61,091 bases of DNA from a bacterium (GTDB lineage Bacteria > Patescibacteriota > Minisyncoccia > Minisyncoccales > DG-74-3), in contig JAUVYE010000003.1 in the NCBI GenBank assembly GCA_030603245.1, positions 1-61,091 on the forward strand, read 5' to 3'. The position numbers were made by a program, and so were the translations under genes. Shown here one piece after another: positions 53,029-61,091 of the stretch (position 1 is the stretch's first letter; every line of letters starts with the position of its first letter). The notes under the pieces are model-generated. The model ran no database searches. It had not been told where the DNA came from and saw nothing but the letters and a program-made list of their open reading frames with translations.

Positions 53029-54228
53029 TTACTTAATTATCTTGGTAACCACTCCAGCACCTACGGTTTTGCCCCCTTCTCTAATTGCAAATCTTTGTTT
53101 TTCTTCCATAGCAATGGGAGCTATTAGTTTTATGGTCAGATTAACAGTATCTCCTGGCATTACCATTTCAGTTCCTTCGGGTAAAACAACATCTCCAGTT
53201 ACATCAGTAGTTCTAAAGAAAAATTGTGGTTTGTAACCCTTAAAGAAAGGGGTATGTCTTCCTCCCTCTTCTTTGGTCAAAACATAAATTTCACCAACAA
53301 ATTCAGTATGAGGATTAATTGAGCCTGGTTTAGCTAAAACCTGACCTCTTTGAATCTCTTCTTTCTTAGTGCCTCTTAAAAGAACTCCAACATTTTCTCC
53401 AGCTCTTCCTTCGTCAAGAATTTTATTAAACATCTCAACACTTACTGCCGTAGTTTTTACTGTTTCTCCTAAACCAACTAATTCTACTTCTTCATTAGCT
53501 TTTACTATTCCCCTTTCTATTCTTCCAGTAGCAACAGTGCCTCGCCCAGCAATGCTGAAAACATCCTCAATAGCCATTAAAAATGGCTTGTCAGTTTCTC
53601 TAACTGGCTCTGGAATGTGCTCATCAATAGCGTCCATTAACTCTAAAATTGGTTTAATTGCTTCGTCATCAATTGATGTAGCTTCCAAAGCTTTTGTAGC
53701 CGAACCTCTAATAATTGGTATTTTGTCTCCTGGAAAATCATATTTCTTAAGTAATTCCCTTACCTCAGATTCAACCAAATCAATAATTTCAGGATCATCA
53801 ACCATATCTGTCTTGTTTAAAAACACAACTACTGAAGGCAGTCCTACCTGTCTAGCCAAAAGAATATGTTCTCTTGTCTGAGGCATTGGCCCATCAGGAG
53901 CTGATACAACCAAAACTGCACCATCCATTTGGGCTGCTCCAACAATCATGTTTTTAATATAGTCAGCGTGTCCAGGACAGTCTATGTGAGCATAGTGACG
54001 TTTTTCAGTTTCAAACTCAAGATGAGAAACATTAATAGTTAATCCTCGAGCTTTTTCTTCTGGAGCAGAATCAATCTCATCAACACTTTTCTCAGAAGAC
54101 CTAAGTCCCTTAAAAGCTGCTACTTTCAATAAAGCAGCTGATAGTGATGTTTTTCCATGATCAACGTGACCAATAGTACCAATATTTACATGAGGTTTTT
54201 CCCTCACAAATTTTTCTTTTTCAGCCAT
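53029..54228 (-). CDS. tuf: elongation factor Tu
   Basis: [24 protein letters not shown]. Confidence 0.99.
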   Translation of the reverse strand: MAEKEKFVREKPHVNIGTIGHVDHGKTSLSAALLKVAAFKGLRSSEKSVDEIDSAPEEKARGLTINVSHLEFETEKRHYAHIDCPGHADYIKNMIVGAAQMDGAVLVVSAPDGPMPQTREHILLARQVGLPSVVVFLNKTDMVDDPEIIDLVESEVRELLKKYDFPGDKIPIIRGSATKALEATSIDDEAIKPILELMDAIDEHIPEPVRETDKPFLMAIEDVFSIAGRGTVATGRIERGIVKANEEVELVGLGETVKTTAVSVEMFNKILDEGRAGENVGVLLRGTKKEEIQRGQVLAKPGSINPHTEFVGEIYVLTKEEGGRHTPFFKGYKPQFFFRTTDVTGDVVLPEGTEMVMPGDTVNLTIKLIAPIAMEEKQRFAIREGGKTVGAGVVTKIIK

Positions 54229-54284
54229 AGTTTTTTAATTTTTTAGCTTATTAATTTTTTAATTAATTATTAATTTGTAATAGT

Positions 54285-54313
54285 ATTGTATGGTTTTTTA
54301 AAAAAAATGTCAA
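54285..54313 (-). promoter_or_regulatory. internal tuf promoter
   Basis: TTGACA-17 nt-TACAAT. Confidence 0.75.
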
Positions 54314-54317
54314 ATGC

Positions 54318-56423
54318 TTATCTTTTTTTTCCTTCAATAATATCTTGAGCAACATTGCCTGGAACCTGATCATAATGGTCAAATTCCATAGTAAAAGTTC
54401 CTCTTCCTTCTGTCAACGAACGAATCGAAGTCGCATAACCAAACATTTCAGCTAATGGAACTTGAGCTGAAATCACTTTTAAGTTTATTCTATCTTTAGT
54501 TTCTTCAATTTTTCCCCTTCTGGCTGATAGATCAGAAATTGCATCGCCAAAAAAATTTGAAGGAACAATTACCTCTAATCTCATAATTGGCTCTAATAAT
54601 ACTGGTTTAGCTCTCTTAGCAGCTTCTTGAAAAGCTATTGAACCAGCAATCTTAAAAGCCATTTCTGAAGAATCAACTTCATGAAAAGAACCATCTTGAA
54701 GGGTAGCAGTTAAATCTACTACTGGATATCCAGCGACCACTCCTTTACTCATTGCTTCTTTAATCCCCTTCTCAACGGCTGGAATAAATTCTTTAGGAAT
54801 TATTCCTCCTTTAATTTTATCAATAAATTCAAATCCCTGCCCTGTTTCTTTTGGTTCAATCTTTAAAACAACATGACCATATTGTCCTTTACCTCCTGAC
54901 TGACGAATATATTTACCTTCTGCCTCAGATTCAGTTTTAATGGTTTCTTTATAAGCTACTTGAGGTCGACCAATATTTCCTTCAACCTTAAATTCACGCC
55001 TCATTCTGTCAACAATAATCTCTAAATGAAGCTCTCCCATTCCAGAGATAATTGTCTCTCCTGTTTCTTCGTCCCCTCTTACCCTGAAAGTAGGATCTTC
55101 TTCAGACAGTTTCTTTAAAGCAGTAGACATTTTTTCCTGATCAACTTTAGTCTTGGGTTCAATTCTAATAGAAATAACAGGTTCTGGAAAACTAATTTTT
55201 TCAAGAACAATCGGATTATTCTCATCAGAAAGAGTATGACCAGTACTTGTGTTTTTTAAACCAACAGTGGCAGCAATGTCTCCTGCGAAAATCTCATCTA
55301 CTTCTTCTCTTTGGTTTGAATGCATTCTTAAAATACGACCAATCCTTTCCTTTTCTCCAGTGGTTGAGTTTAATAAATAAGAACCCTTTTTTAGAGAACC
55401 AGAATAAACTCTAAAAAAAGTTAAAGTTCCGACATAAGGATCAGTTGCAATTTTAAAAGCTAAAGCAGCAAATGGTTCTTTGTCATCAGGGTTTCTTTCT
55501 ATCTCTTGACCAGTTTTAGGATCAGTTCCTTTGATTGATGGAAGATCAATTGGGCTGGGTAAATAATATATCACCCCATCTAACATGGCTTGAACTCCAA
55601 TGTTTTTTAAAGCTGAACCACAGAAAACCGGAATAAGTTTATAAGCAATAGTGGCTTTTCTTAAAGCTTTTCTTAATTCTTCAACTGAAATTTCTTTTTT
55701 CTCCAAAAACTTCTCAATCAAAACATCATCTTCAGACGCAATTTTTTCTATTAATTTCTCTCTCCATTCCTGAGCTTTTGCTTTAAGCTCTTGTGGAATT
55801 TCTTCGGTCTTTACAATTTCACCAAGTTCTCCTTCAAATCTTAAAGCTTTCATTGTTAATAAATCTATTACTCCGCTTAATTTATCTTCACTCCCTATTG
55901 GAAGCTGAACTGCTATTGCATTGGGAGATAATTTCTCCAAAATTGTTCCTATACTCATTTCAAAATCAGCTCCAATTTTGTCCATTTTATTAATAAAACA
56001 GATTCTTGGAACCAAAAACTTATCAGCCTGCCTCCAGACTGTTTCTGATTGGGGCTCTACTCCAGCAACACCATCAAAAACTACCACAGCTCCGTCCAAA
56101 ACTCTTAAAGACCTTTGAACTTCAGCCGTAAAGTCAATGTGACCTGGAGTATCAATTAAATTGATCCTGTATTGATTTTCCTTGTTTTTCTCAGCATCAA
56201 GAGGAGTCCAAAAACAAGTTGTAGCTGCAGCTGTAATAGTAATTCCTCTTTCTCTTTCCTGTTCCATCCAATCCATTACAGCTTCTCCATGATGAACTTC
56301 TCCAATTTTATGAGAAATTCCAGTATAAAATAAAACTCTCTCGCTCATGGTGGTTTTACCAGCATCAATGTGAGCAATAATACCTATATCACGATAACGT
56401 TCAATTGGATATGTTCTTGCCAT
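54318..56423 (-). CDS. fusA: elongation factor G
   Basis: [21 protein letters not shown]; ATG at 56423. Confidence 0.99.
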   Translation of the reverse strand: MARTYPIERYRDIGIIAHIDAGKTTMSERVLFYTGISHKIGEVHHGEAVMDWMEQERERGITITAAATTCFWTPLDAEKNKENQYRINLIDTPGHIDFTAEVQRSLRVLDGAVVVFDGVAGVEPQSETVWRQADKFLVPRICFINKMDKIGADFEMSIGTILEKLSPNAIAVQLPIGSEDKLSGVIDLLTMKALRFEGELGEIVKTEEIPQELKAKAQEWREKLIEKIASEDDVLIEKFLEKKEISVEELRKALRKATIAYKLIPVFCGSALKNIGVQAMLDGVIYYLPSPIDLPSIKGTDPKTGQEIERNPDDKEPFAALAFKIATDPYVGTLTFFRVYSGSLKKGSYLLNSTTGEKERIGRILRMHSNQREEVDEIFAGDIAATVGLKNTSTGHTLSDENNPIVLEKISFPEPVISIRIEPKTKVDQEKMSTALKKLSEEDPTFRVRGDEETGETIISGMGELHLEIIVDRMRREFKVEGNIGRPQVAYKETIKTESEAEGKYIRQSGGKGQYGHVVLKIEPKETGQGFEFIDKIKGGIIPKEFIPAVEKGIKEAMSKGVVAGYPVVDLTATLQDGSFHEVDSSEMAFKIAGSIAFQEAAKRAKPVLLEPIMRLEVIVPSNFFGDAISDLSARRGKIEETKDRINLKVISAQVPLAEMFGYATSIRSLTEGRGTFTMEFDHYDQVPGNVAQDIIEGKKR

Positions 56424-56427
56424 GTTT

Positions 56428-56895
56428 TTAAAATCTAAAATGAGCAAAGGCTCTGTTGGCCTCAGCCATTCGATGAGTATTTTCTTTCTTTTTAATTGCG
56501 GCTCCTTTATTCTCAGCAGCTTCCATCAACTCTTCAGCCAATTTCTCTCTCATTGGCTTTCCCTTTTTACTTTTAGCTGCATCAAGTATCCAACGCATAG
56601 CCAGGGCCTGTTTTCTGTTTCCCTTTACTTCTCTTGGAACTTGGTAAGTAGCTCCTCCAACCCTTTTTGATTTCACTTCAACCAAGGGAGAGGTATTTTG
56701 AATTGCTTTTTCAAAAATTTCCAGAGGCTCTTTTTTGGTTTTGTTTTTGATTTCCTCAAAAGCTTGGTAAACAATCTTTCTGGCAACTGACTTCTTCCCC
56801 CTTTTCATAACTTTGTTAATAAATTTAGAAACCAAAATGTTGTTATAAATAAGATCTGGTTCTATTTGACGTTTTTCTATTTTTTTTCTAGCCAT
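56428..56895 (-). CDS. rpsG: 30S ribosomal protein S7
   Basis: [20 protein letters not shown]. Confidence 0.98.
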   Translation of the reverse strand: MARKKIEKRQIEPDLIYNNILVSKFINKVMKRGKKSVARKIVYQAFEEIKNKTKKEPLEIFEKAIQNTSPLVEVKSKRVGGATYQVPREVKGNRKQALAMRWILDAAKSKKGKPMREKLAEELMEAAENKGAAIKKKENTHRMAEANRAFAHFRF

Positions 56896-56897
56896 AA

Positions 56898-57308
56898 TTA
56901 TTTACTCTTTTTAGTTCCGTATTTTGAACGGCTTGTTTTTCTGTTTTCTACTCCACCCGAATCAAGCCTACCTCGAACAATATGATATCTTACTCCAGGC
57001 AAATCTCTTACCCTTCCTCCCCTGATTAAAACCACTGAGTTTTCTTGTAAATCATGACCCTCGCCTGGAATATAGGCAGTAACTTCTTTTCCATTACTAA
57101 GACGCACTTTTGCAACTTTTCTTAGACCTGAATGCGGTTTTTTGGGTGTTGTAGTAAAAACTTTAATACAAACTCCCCTTTTAAATGGGGTTGAAGCTCG
57201 TTGGGGCCGATTTTTCAAAACATTAAAACTAAAATCAAGAGCTGGTGTTTTAGCTCGTTTTTTAATCTTTTTCCTTCCTTTTCTAATTAATTGTCTTATA
57301 GTTGGCAT
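56898..57308 (-). CDS. rpsL: 30S ribosomal protein S12
   Basis: [26 protein letters not shown]. Confidence 0.98.
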   Translation of the reverse strand: MPTIRQLIRKGRKKIKKRAKTPALDFSFNVLKNRPQRASTPFKRGVCIKVFTTTPKKPHSGLRKVAKVRLSNGKEVTAYIPGEGHDLQENSVVLIRGGRVRDLPGVRYHIVRGRLDSGGVENRKTSRSKYGTKKSK

Positions 57309-57316
57309 AATTAAAG

Positions 57317-57345
57317 AAATTAGCAAGAATTAAAATCATTGTCAA
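57317..57345 (-). promoter_or_regulatory. str operon promoter (very short leader)
   Basis: TTGACA-17 nt-TAATTT, 8 nt before the rpsL ATG. Confidence 0.65.
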
Positions 57346-57354
57346 TAAATTGTA

Positions 57355-57957
57355 TCAACCGATTACTAAGGTATAAAGACTGATGGCAATATCAAATAAC
57401 CAATTAAGATAAAAAATGATAAAGAAAACTAAAAGAAATATTCTGTATTGGTTAAGAATAAATTTAATCTTAGAAAACCTTTCTGGTAATAAAGAAAAAA
57501 GAATGTGAGAACCATCTAATGGCGGAATTGGAACTAAATTAAATAATCCCCATAAGAAATTATAAAAAACAATAATGCTTAATAAGCTTGAAAAAGCACT
57601 GCTCAAAGGAAAAAAACGAATTATTAATCCAAAAAAAATAGCAACTAAAAAATTAGCGGCCGGTCCAGCTATAGATACCTTTAATTTCCCCCATTTCTGG
57701 TCTTTAAAATTATAAGGGTTGATTGGTACTGGCTTAGCCCAACCCACAATTGGCCCCCTGCCTGCAGTAAGTATAAATAAAAACAAAGGGACAATAAAAG
57801 ACCCTATTGGATCTAAATGCTTTAAAGGATTCAAGCTTAAACGACCTTGATATTTAGCTGTTGGATCGCCCAAGTATAAAGCAACACTGCCATGAGCAAC
57901 CTCATGGATAATAATAGAAAATAGTAAAATGATTAAAGTAAAAAGTCCAACAAACAT
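57355..57957 (-). CDS. small site-2 protease (M50)
   Basis: HEVAH, NPLKHLDP, NLVPIPPLDG. Confidence 0.93.
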   Translation of the reverse strand: MFVGLFTLIILLFSIIIHEVAHGSVALYLGDPTAKYQGRLSLNPLKHLDPIGSFIVPLFLFILTAGRGPIVGWAKPVPINPYNFKDQKWGKLKVSIAGPAANFLVAIFFGLIIRFFPLSSAFSSLLSIIVFYNFLWGLFNLVPIPPLDGSHILFSLLPERFSKIKFILNQYRIFLLVFFIIFYLNWLFDIAISLYTLVIG

Positions 57958-57987
57958 AATTAGTAGTATAAACTAAAGCTCTGTTCA

Positions 57988-58010
57988 ATGATATAGTAGT
58001 ACTATATCAT
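57988..58010. promoter_or_regulatory. perfect palindrome (operator-like) between divergent genes
   Basis: ATGATATAGTA-G-TACTATATCAT. Confidence 0.45.
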
Positions 58011-58049
58011 ATTTGAAAAAAATTAGAATTCTGTTAATATAGGTTCATT

Positions 58050-58268
58050 ATGAAGACTTGTAAAATCTGCGCCAAAAAAAGAAATCTTGCTCGGCGCCTC
58101 AAAAAACTTAGAGGAAAGTATAATCCAACAATCAAAAGAAAACAAAAACCCAATCTACAATGGCTTAAAGTTCCTATTGGAACAAAAAAACCTGCTTTTA
58201 AAGATTTTGCTGGAAAAAGAATTTTAGCTTGTACTAAGTGTATTAAAACTCTTGATAAAAGGAAATAA
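58050..58268 (+). CDS. rpmB: 50S ribosomal protein L28 (Zn type)
   Basis: CKIC...KRKQKPNLQ...CTKCIK. Confidence 0.9.
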   Translation: MKTCKICAKKRNLARRLKKLRGKYNPTIKRKQKPNLQWLKVPIGTKKPAFKDFAGKRILACTKCIKTLDKRK

Positions 58269-58274
58269 TTATAT

Positions 58275-58351
58275 CGGGGTATAGTGTAATTGGATAACAT
58301 GCGCCCATGGGGTGGGTGTGATTCTCGGTTCAAGTCCGAGTACCCCGACCA
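58275..58351 (+). tRNA. tRNA-Pro(GGG)
   Basis: CGGGGTA/TACCCCG stem; CGCCC-ATGGGGT-GGGTG anticodon arm; CCA encoded. Confidence 0.93.
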
Positions 58352-58408
58352 ACAAAGACATTTTTTATTTTTTTCTGAATCACAATCTAATCTAATTATT
58401 TTTAGAGA

Positions 58409-59440
58409 TTAACTTTCGATAAAAAAAATTTTGGGGAATTGTTTAGTTAAATCCAAATAATCAATATAGTGTTGAGTCAAAATACAATCAAGTTTATTTA
58501 GGCAAACTATCTTAGAATGTTCGACAAATATCTCATCAAACTCCACTTCTGGAATATGGCACTGTTCATCTTCAAATGTTGTTTCTGGCCAAATCACTAT
58601 TTTTTTTAATAAATTTCTTATCTCCTGCGGATAAACCTCAGGATCACAGAATTCGTCCTCTACTTCATGAAACATAAAAACAATATAATGTCTGTCGGAT
58701 TTTTCTCTTTCAAGAGGAGCGATAATTGGTATCCATGTCCCAATTAAAGGAAAGCGATCGAATTCTATATAATCTTTACTTTCCAATCTATTTAACTCTG
58801 TATAGTAGATATTATAATCTAATTTATTTAAAAAATACGCAGCAAGACTGCTACTCCATCCAAAGTTACAATATGCCAACACTTTATCTTCTTTGGTAAC
58901 ACCATGTGCTTGTAAATATTCCTCTGTTTTATTTATCATCATTATTTCTTTCAATTCAAACAAAGAAATTGCAGTGGTAGTATCAAATAATTGGATATTT
59001 TGACCACTAACTAGGCTTACTTTTTTAAAAGTATCGTATTCTAATTGATCAATTTTATTTAAATTAATAAATCTATCCATCGGCACGTCTATACGTTTAT
59101 AAATTTTAGCAAACTCACTTTCGTTAAGTGAAAGTAATTGATTCAATTCCTTAAATTTATAAAAGTGCGAACCGCCTAATATTAAACAAATAATTAACCC
59201 TGAAAATAACACTATTGACCCTATTGTTTTAATATTTTTATTCTTTATTTTGATTTCTAGAGAAACAATTGTCGCCAGTAAGAATACGATGGCTTGCAAT
59301 ATTCCAGAACCAACTGAAGCAGTTAGAAGCTGTAATGTGTTGGGAGAAAAAAAAGCATAAACTTCATCAAAGGCAACAAAAAGCAAAATTAGAAAAAAGG
59401 AAACTCCCAAAATGGTATTAAAAAATTTCAATTTCAACAT
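58409..59440 (-). CDS. membrane protein (about 3 TM) with a rhodanese-like domain
   Basis: DKVLAYCNFGWSSSLAAYFLNKLDY resembles the rhodanese active-site loop. Confidence 0.75.
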   Translation of the reverse strand: MLKLKFFNTILGVSFFLILLFVAFDEVYAFFSPNTLQLLTASVGSGILQAIVFLLATIVSLEIKIKNKNIKTIGSIVLFSGLIICLILGGSHFYKFKELNQLLSLNESEFAKIYKRIDVPMDRFINLNKIDQLEYDTFKKVSLVSGQNIQLFDTTTAISLFELKEIMMINKTEEYLQAHGVTKEDKVLAYCNFGWSSSLAAYFLNKLDYNIYYTELNRLESKDYIEFDRFPLIGTWIPIIAPLEREKSDRHYIVFMFHEVEDEFCDPEVYPQEIRNLLKKIVIWPETTFEDEQCHIPEVEFDEIFVEHSKIVCLNKLDCILTQHYIDYLDLTKQFPKIFFIES

Positions 59441-59741
59441 CTTTTTGTGAGATAAAATTTAAAAACATTTCTCCCTTTTTAGGTATTTTATTAGTTATCT
59501 TCTCTACTACAATAATACTCTTTTTGTACTCTCGAGCAATTATTGCCAAATGTGACAAAACTGAACCCCTCTCGCTAATTATGAAACGAATATTGCTTAA
59601 CAATATCGTAAAATCAGGATTTAGATAATCAACGACAATACAATCGGCCTTTTGGAAATCAAACACCTCTTTTACAACTTGATAGTTGAATTTCTTATTT
59701 ACAATATTAGAACCAACTAATAATTTACCTTTTATTATCAT
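59418..59741 (-). CDS. stand-alone PEP-utiliser phospho-His (swivel) domain
   Basis: IISERGSVLSHLAIIAREY. Confidence 0.88.
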   Translation of the reverse strand: MIIKGKLLVGSNIVNKKFNYQVVKEVFDFQKADCIVVDYLNPDFTILLSNIRFIISERGSVLSHLAIIAREYKKSIIVVEKITNKIPKKGEMFLNFISQKDVEIEIF

Positions 59742-60495
59742 TTACTAGTTTAATTAAATCTTTATAATTTATTTGAAAAATATTATCAATTTTTTCTTTT
59801 TCAGACAATCTAAGCAATTCAAATCTTAAATTACTAATATTAAAAAGAGCGCGATATTTTAACTCTTCCCTCATAGCAAAATAGACAGGAAATAAACTCT
59901 TTGTCTTTTTTTGAATATATTCTCTTAATTGTATTTTTTTTGGAGTTCTAAAATTCTTGGTATATTTAGCTAAATTCATTAACTCGTTTTTACTATATTC
60001 GCTAAATCTCCTTGACGATAACTCAAAGGGATTAAAAGCATAATGCCCATATTTTTTTTTAAATTCTTCCTCAGAAATTTCGTCATTGTAAAATCTTTTA
60101 AAACATAATAGCTTTTCATCCTCTTTATCAATAATAAAAGTGGACTTATTCTTTTCAACAAGAAAAGCATATGTTAGTAATAGATTATTAAGAGAAACAA
60201 CATCGTAAATTATATTAAATTTATCAAATAAACCTTTAATATTCTCAAGAGGTTTATTTTTTTTCATCTGATAGGGCTTATATGTCTTAAGAAAATTGTA
60301 GATATCAAGATATTTATTTAAATACCACAGCCTAATCTTTACTGTGTTTATGAGATTGCTAATGAAATTACTTGACTTAAATAATAAGTCATATTTCTTT
60401 TTTGTTTCCAATACTATCTCAATAAGATGTTCAGACATTTTAGTTGGATTATTGATAAAATCTTCTAGGTTATAATTTGAATTCTTTAACACCAT
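59725..60495 (-). CDS. PEP-synthase/rifampin-phosphotransferase-like central-domain protein
   Basis: EEFKKKYGHYAFNPFELSSRRFSE and REELKY patterns; overlaps the His-domain gene. Confidence 0.65.
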   Translation of the reverse strand: MVLKNSNYNLEDFINNPTKMSEHLIEIVLETKKKYDLLFKSSNFISNLINTVKIRLWYLNKYLDIYNFLKTYKPYQMKKNKPLENIKGLFDKFNIIYDVVSLNNLLLTYAFLVEKNKSTFIIDKEDEKLLCFKRFYNDEISEEEFKKKYGHYAFNPFELSSRRFSEYSKNELMNLAKYTKNFRTPKKIQLREYIQKKTKSLFPVYFAMREELKYRALFNISNLRFELLRLSEKEKIDNIFQINYKDLIKLVNDNKR

Positions 60496-60613
60496 ATAAG
60501 TTAATATAATCTTTTAATATACCATCGCATTTGTCTTGGAATTGGCAATTTTTACAAAACATAGTTTTAAAATTGTTCTTCAAGCTTATAAACTTCGTTG
60601 GAGAAATCCAAAA
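60470..60613 (-). pseudogene. 3' relic of a radical-SAM/SPASM-type gene
   Basis: FWISPTKFISLKNNFKTMFCKNCQFQDKCDGILKDYINLYGVKEFKL*; ATG at 60562 would give a 30-aa ORF. Confidence 0.55.
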
Positions 60614-60628
60614 TTAGGTCTGTTGATA

Positions 60629-60751
60629 TTATAGTTCGAGGTTTGGATTCTGCGAAGTCCTAACTTCAGTTTCCGGAGAAATTGACTTACCGCACTCCGT
60701 ACAATAGGTGACACTTTCAGAAATTTTTTTACCACAATTAATACAAAACAT
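60629..60751 (-). CDS. 40-aa zinc-ribbon protein, possibly truncated (absent from the ORF track)
   Basis: MFCINCGKKISESVTYCTECGKSISPETEVRTSQNPNLEL*. Confidence 0.7.
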   Translation of the reverse strand: MFCINCGKKISESVTYCTECGKSISPETEVRTSQNPNLEL

Positions 60752-60754
60752 AAA

Positions 60755-60952
60755 TTATTGTATTAAATCATCAACACTAACCCCTATGGCTTTGGCGATT
60801 TTCTTCAAGGTATTAAGCGTTGGATTCTGATTTTTACCAGATTCAATTTTGATAATTGTATTATTGGCAACATCCGCTAATCGGGCCAACCGTTCTTGAG
60901 ATAACCCTTTGGCTTTTCTTAATTTTCTTAAATTGCTTGTTATATTTGACAT
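60755..60952 (-). CDS. XRE-family helix-turn-helix regulator
   Basis: LRKLRKAKGLSQERLA...IIKIESG..NPTLNTLKKIAKA. Confidence 0.93.
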   Translation of the reverse strand: MSNITSNLRKLRKAKGLSQERLARLADVANNTIIKIESGKNQNPTLNTLKKIAKAIGVSVDDLIQ

Positions 60953-61091
60953 ATCTGTTATTATAGTAGTAGAATTGTAGTATTAGAGTATTTCCTTTCT
61001 ACTATTTTAATAATAATTAAAATTAAAAATAAAATCAATAAGATTTTATTTAAAATCGTCTGTTTTCCCGAATAAATAAGGGGCGAGGCGG

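Noticed and set aside
53369-53881. 170-aa plus-strand ORF opposite tuf
   Set aside because: Common antisense open frame of tuf caused by codon bias; no independent signals
58034-58333. 99-aa minus-strand ORF
   Set aside because: Overlaps rpmB and tRNA-Pro on the opposite strand
1-61091. Alternative genetic code (TGA = Gly, as in Gracilibacteria/Absconditabacteria)
   Set aside because: Conserved genes are full length under code 11, and some end in TGA with ATGA overlaps (infA/rpmJ, Panacea/partner)

Overview
AT-rich bacterial chromosome segment using standard code 11 (TGA acts as stop). It is most consistent with a Patescibacteria/CPR (Parcubacteria-like) genome; this is an inference from no rpmD between rpsE and rplO, no rplA after rplK, two mreB paralogues, a DUF5667-type protein and trimmed synthetases. 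Most of the window is minus-strand core machinery: the str, S10, spc and alpha ribosomal operons, secE-nusG-rplK, gyrB, pheST, gatCAB, proS, alaS, mnmA, miaA/miaB and four tRNAs. Two accessory regions stand out. (1) A ~7.5 kb island (about 11.3-18.8 kb) between pheS and tRNA-Asp. Its left part is punctuated by four 11-6-11 dif/Xer-like sites, two full and two half sites. The two half sites sit in a conserved site+terminator+promoter block. The cargo looks like defence or toxin-antitoxin genes: a Panacea antitoxin with a putative PD-(D/E)XK partner, two HEPN-like proteins, a ClpP-like protein and a DNPH1-like hydrolase. This is the best candidate for an undescribed system: an integron-like, Xer-type gene-cassette array. 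(2) A very AT-rich insert beside tRNA-Pro carrying a radical-SAM/SPASM tail relic, split PEP-utiliser genes, a membrane rhodanese, a zinc ribbon and an XRE regulator. Other oddities are an RpoA whose alpha-CTD is replaced by a Lys-rich tail, a 37-nt DNA repeat shared by the gyrB and rpsI 5' ends, heptamer micro-arrays inside essential genes, two apparent ATA-initiated genes, and a terminator-like hairpin inside the S10 operon. All family assignments come from motif recognition only; no searches were run.
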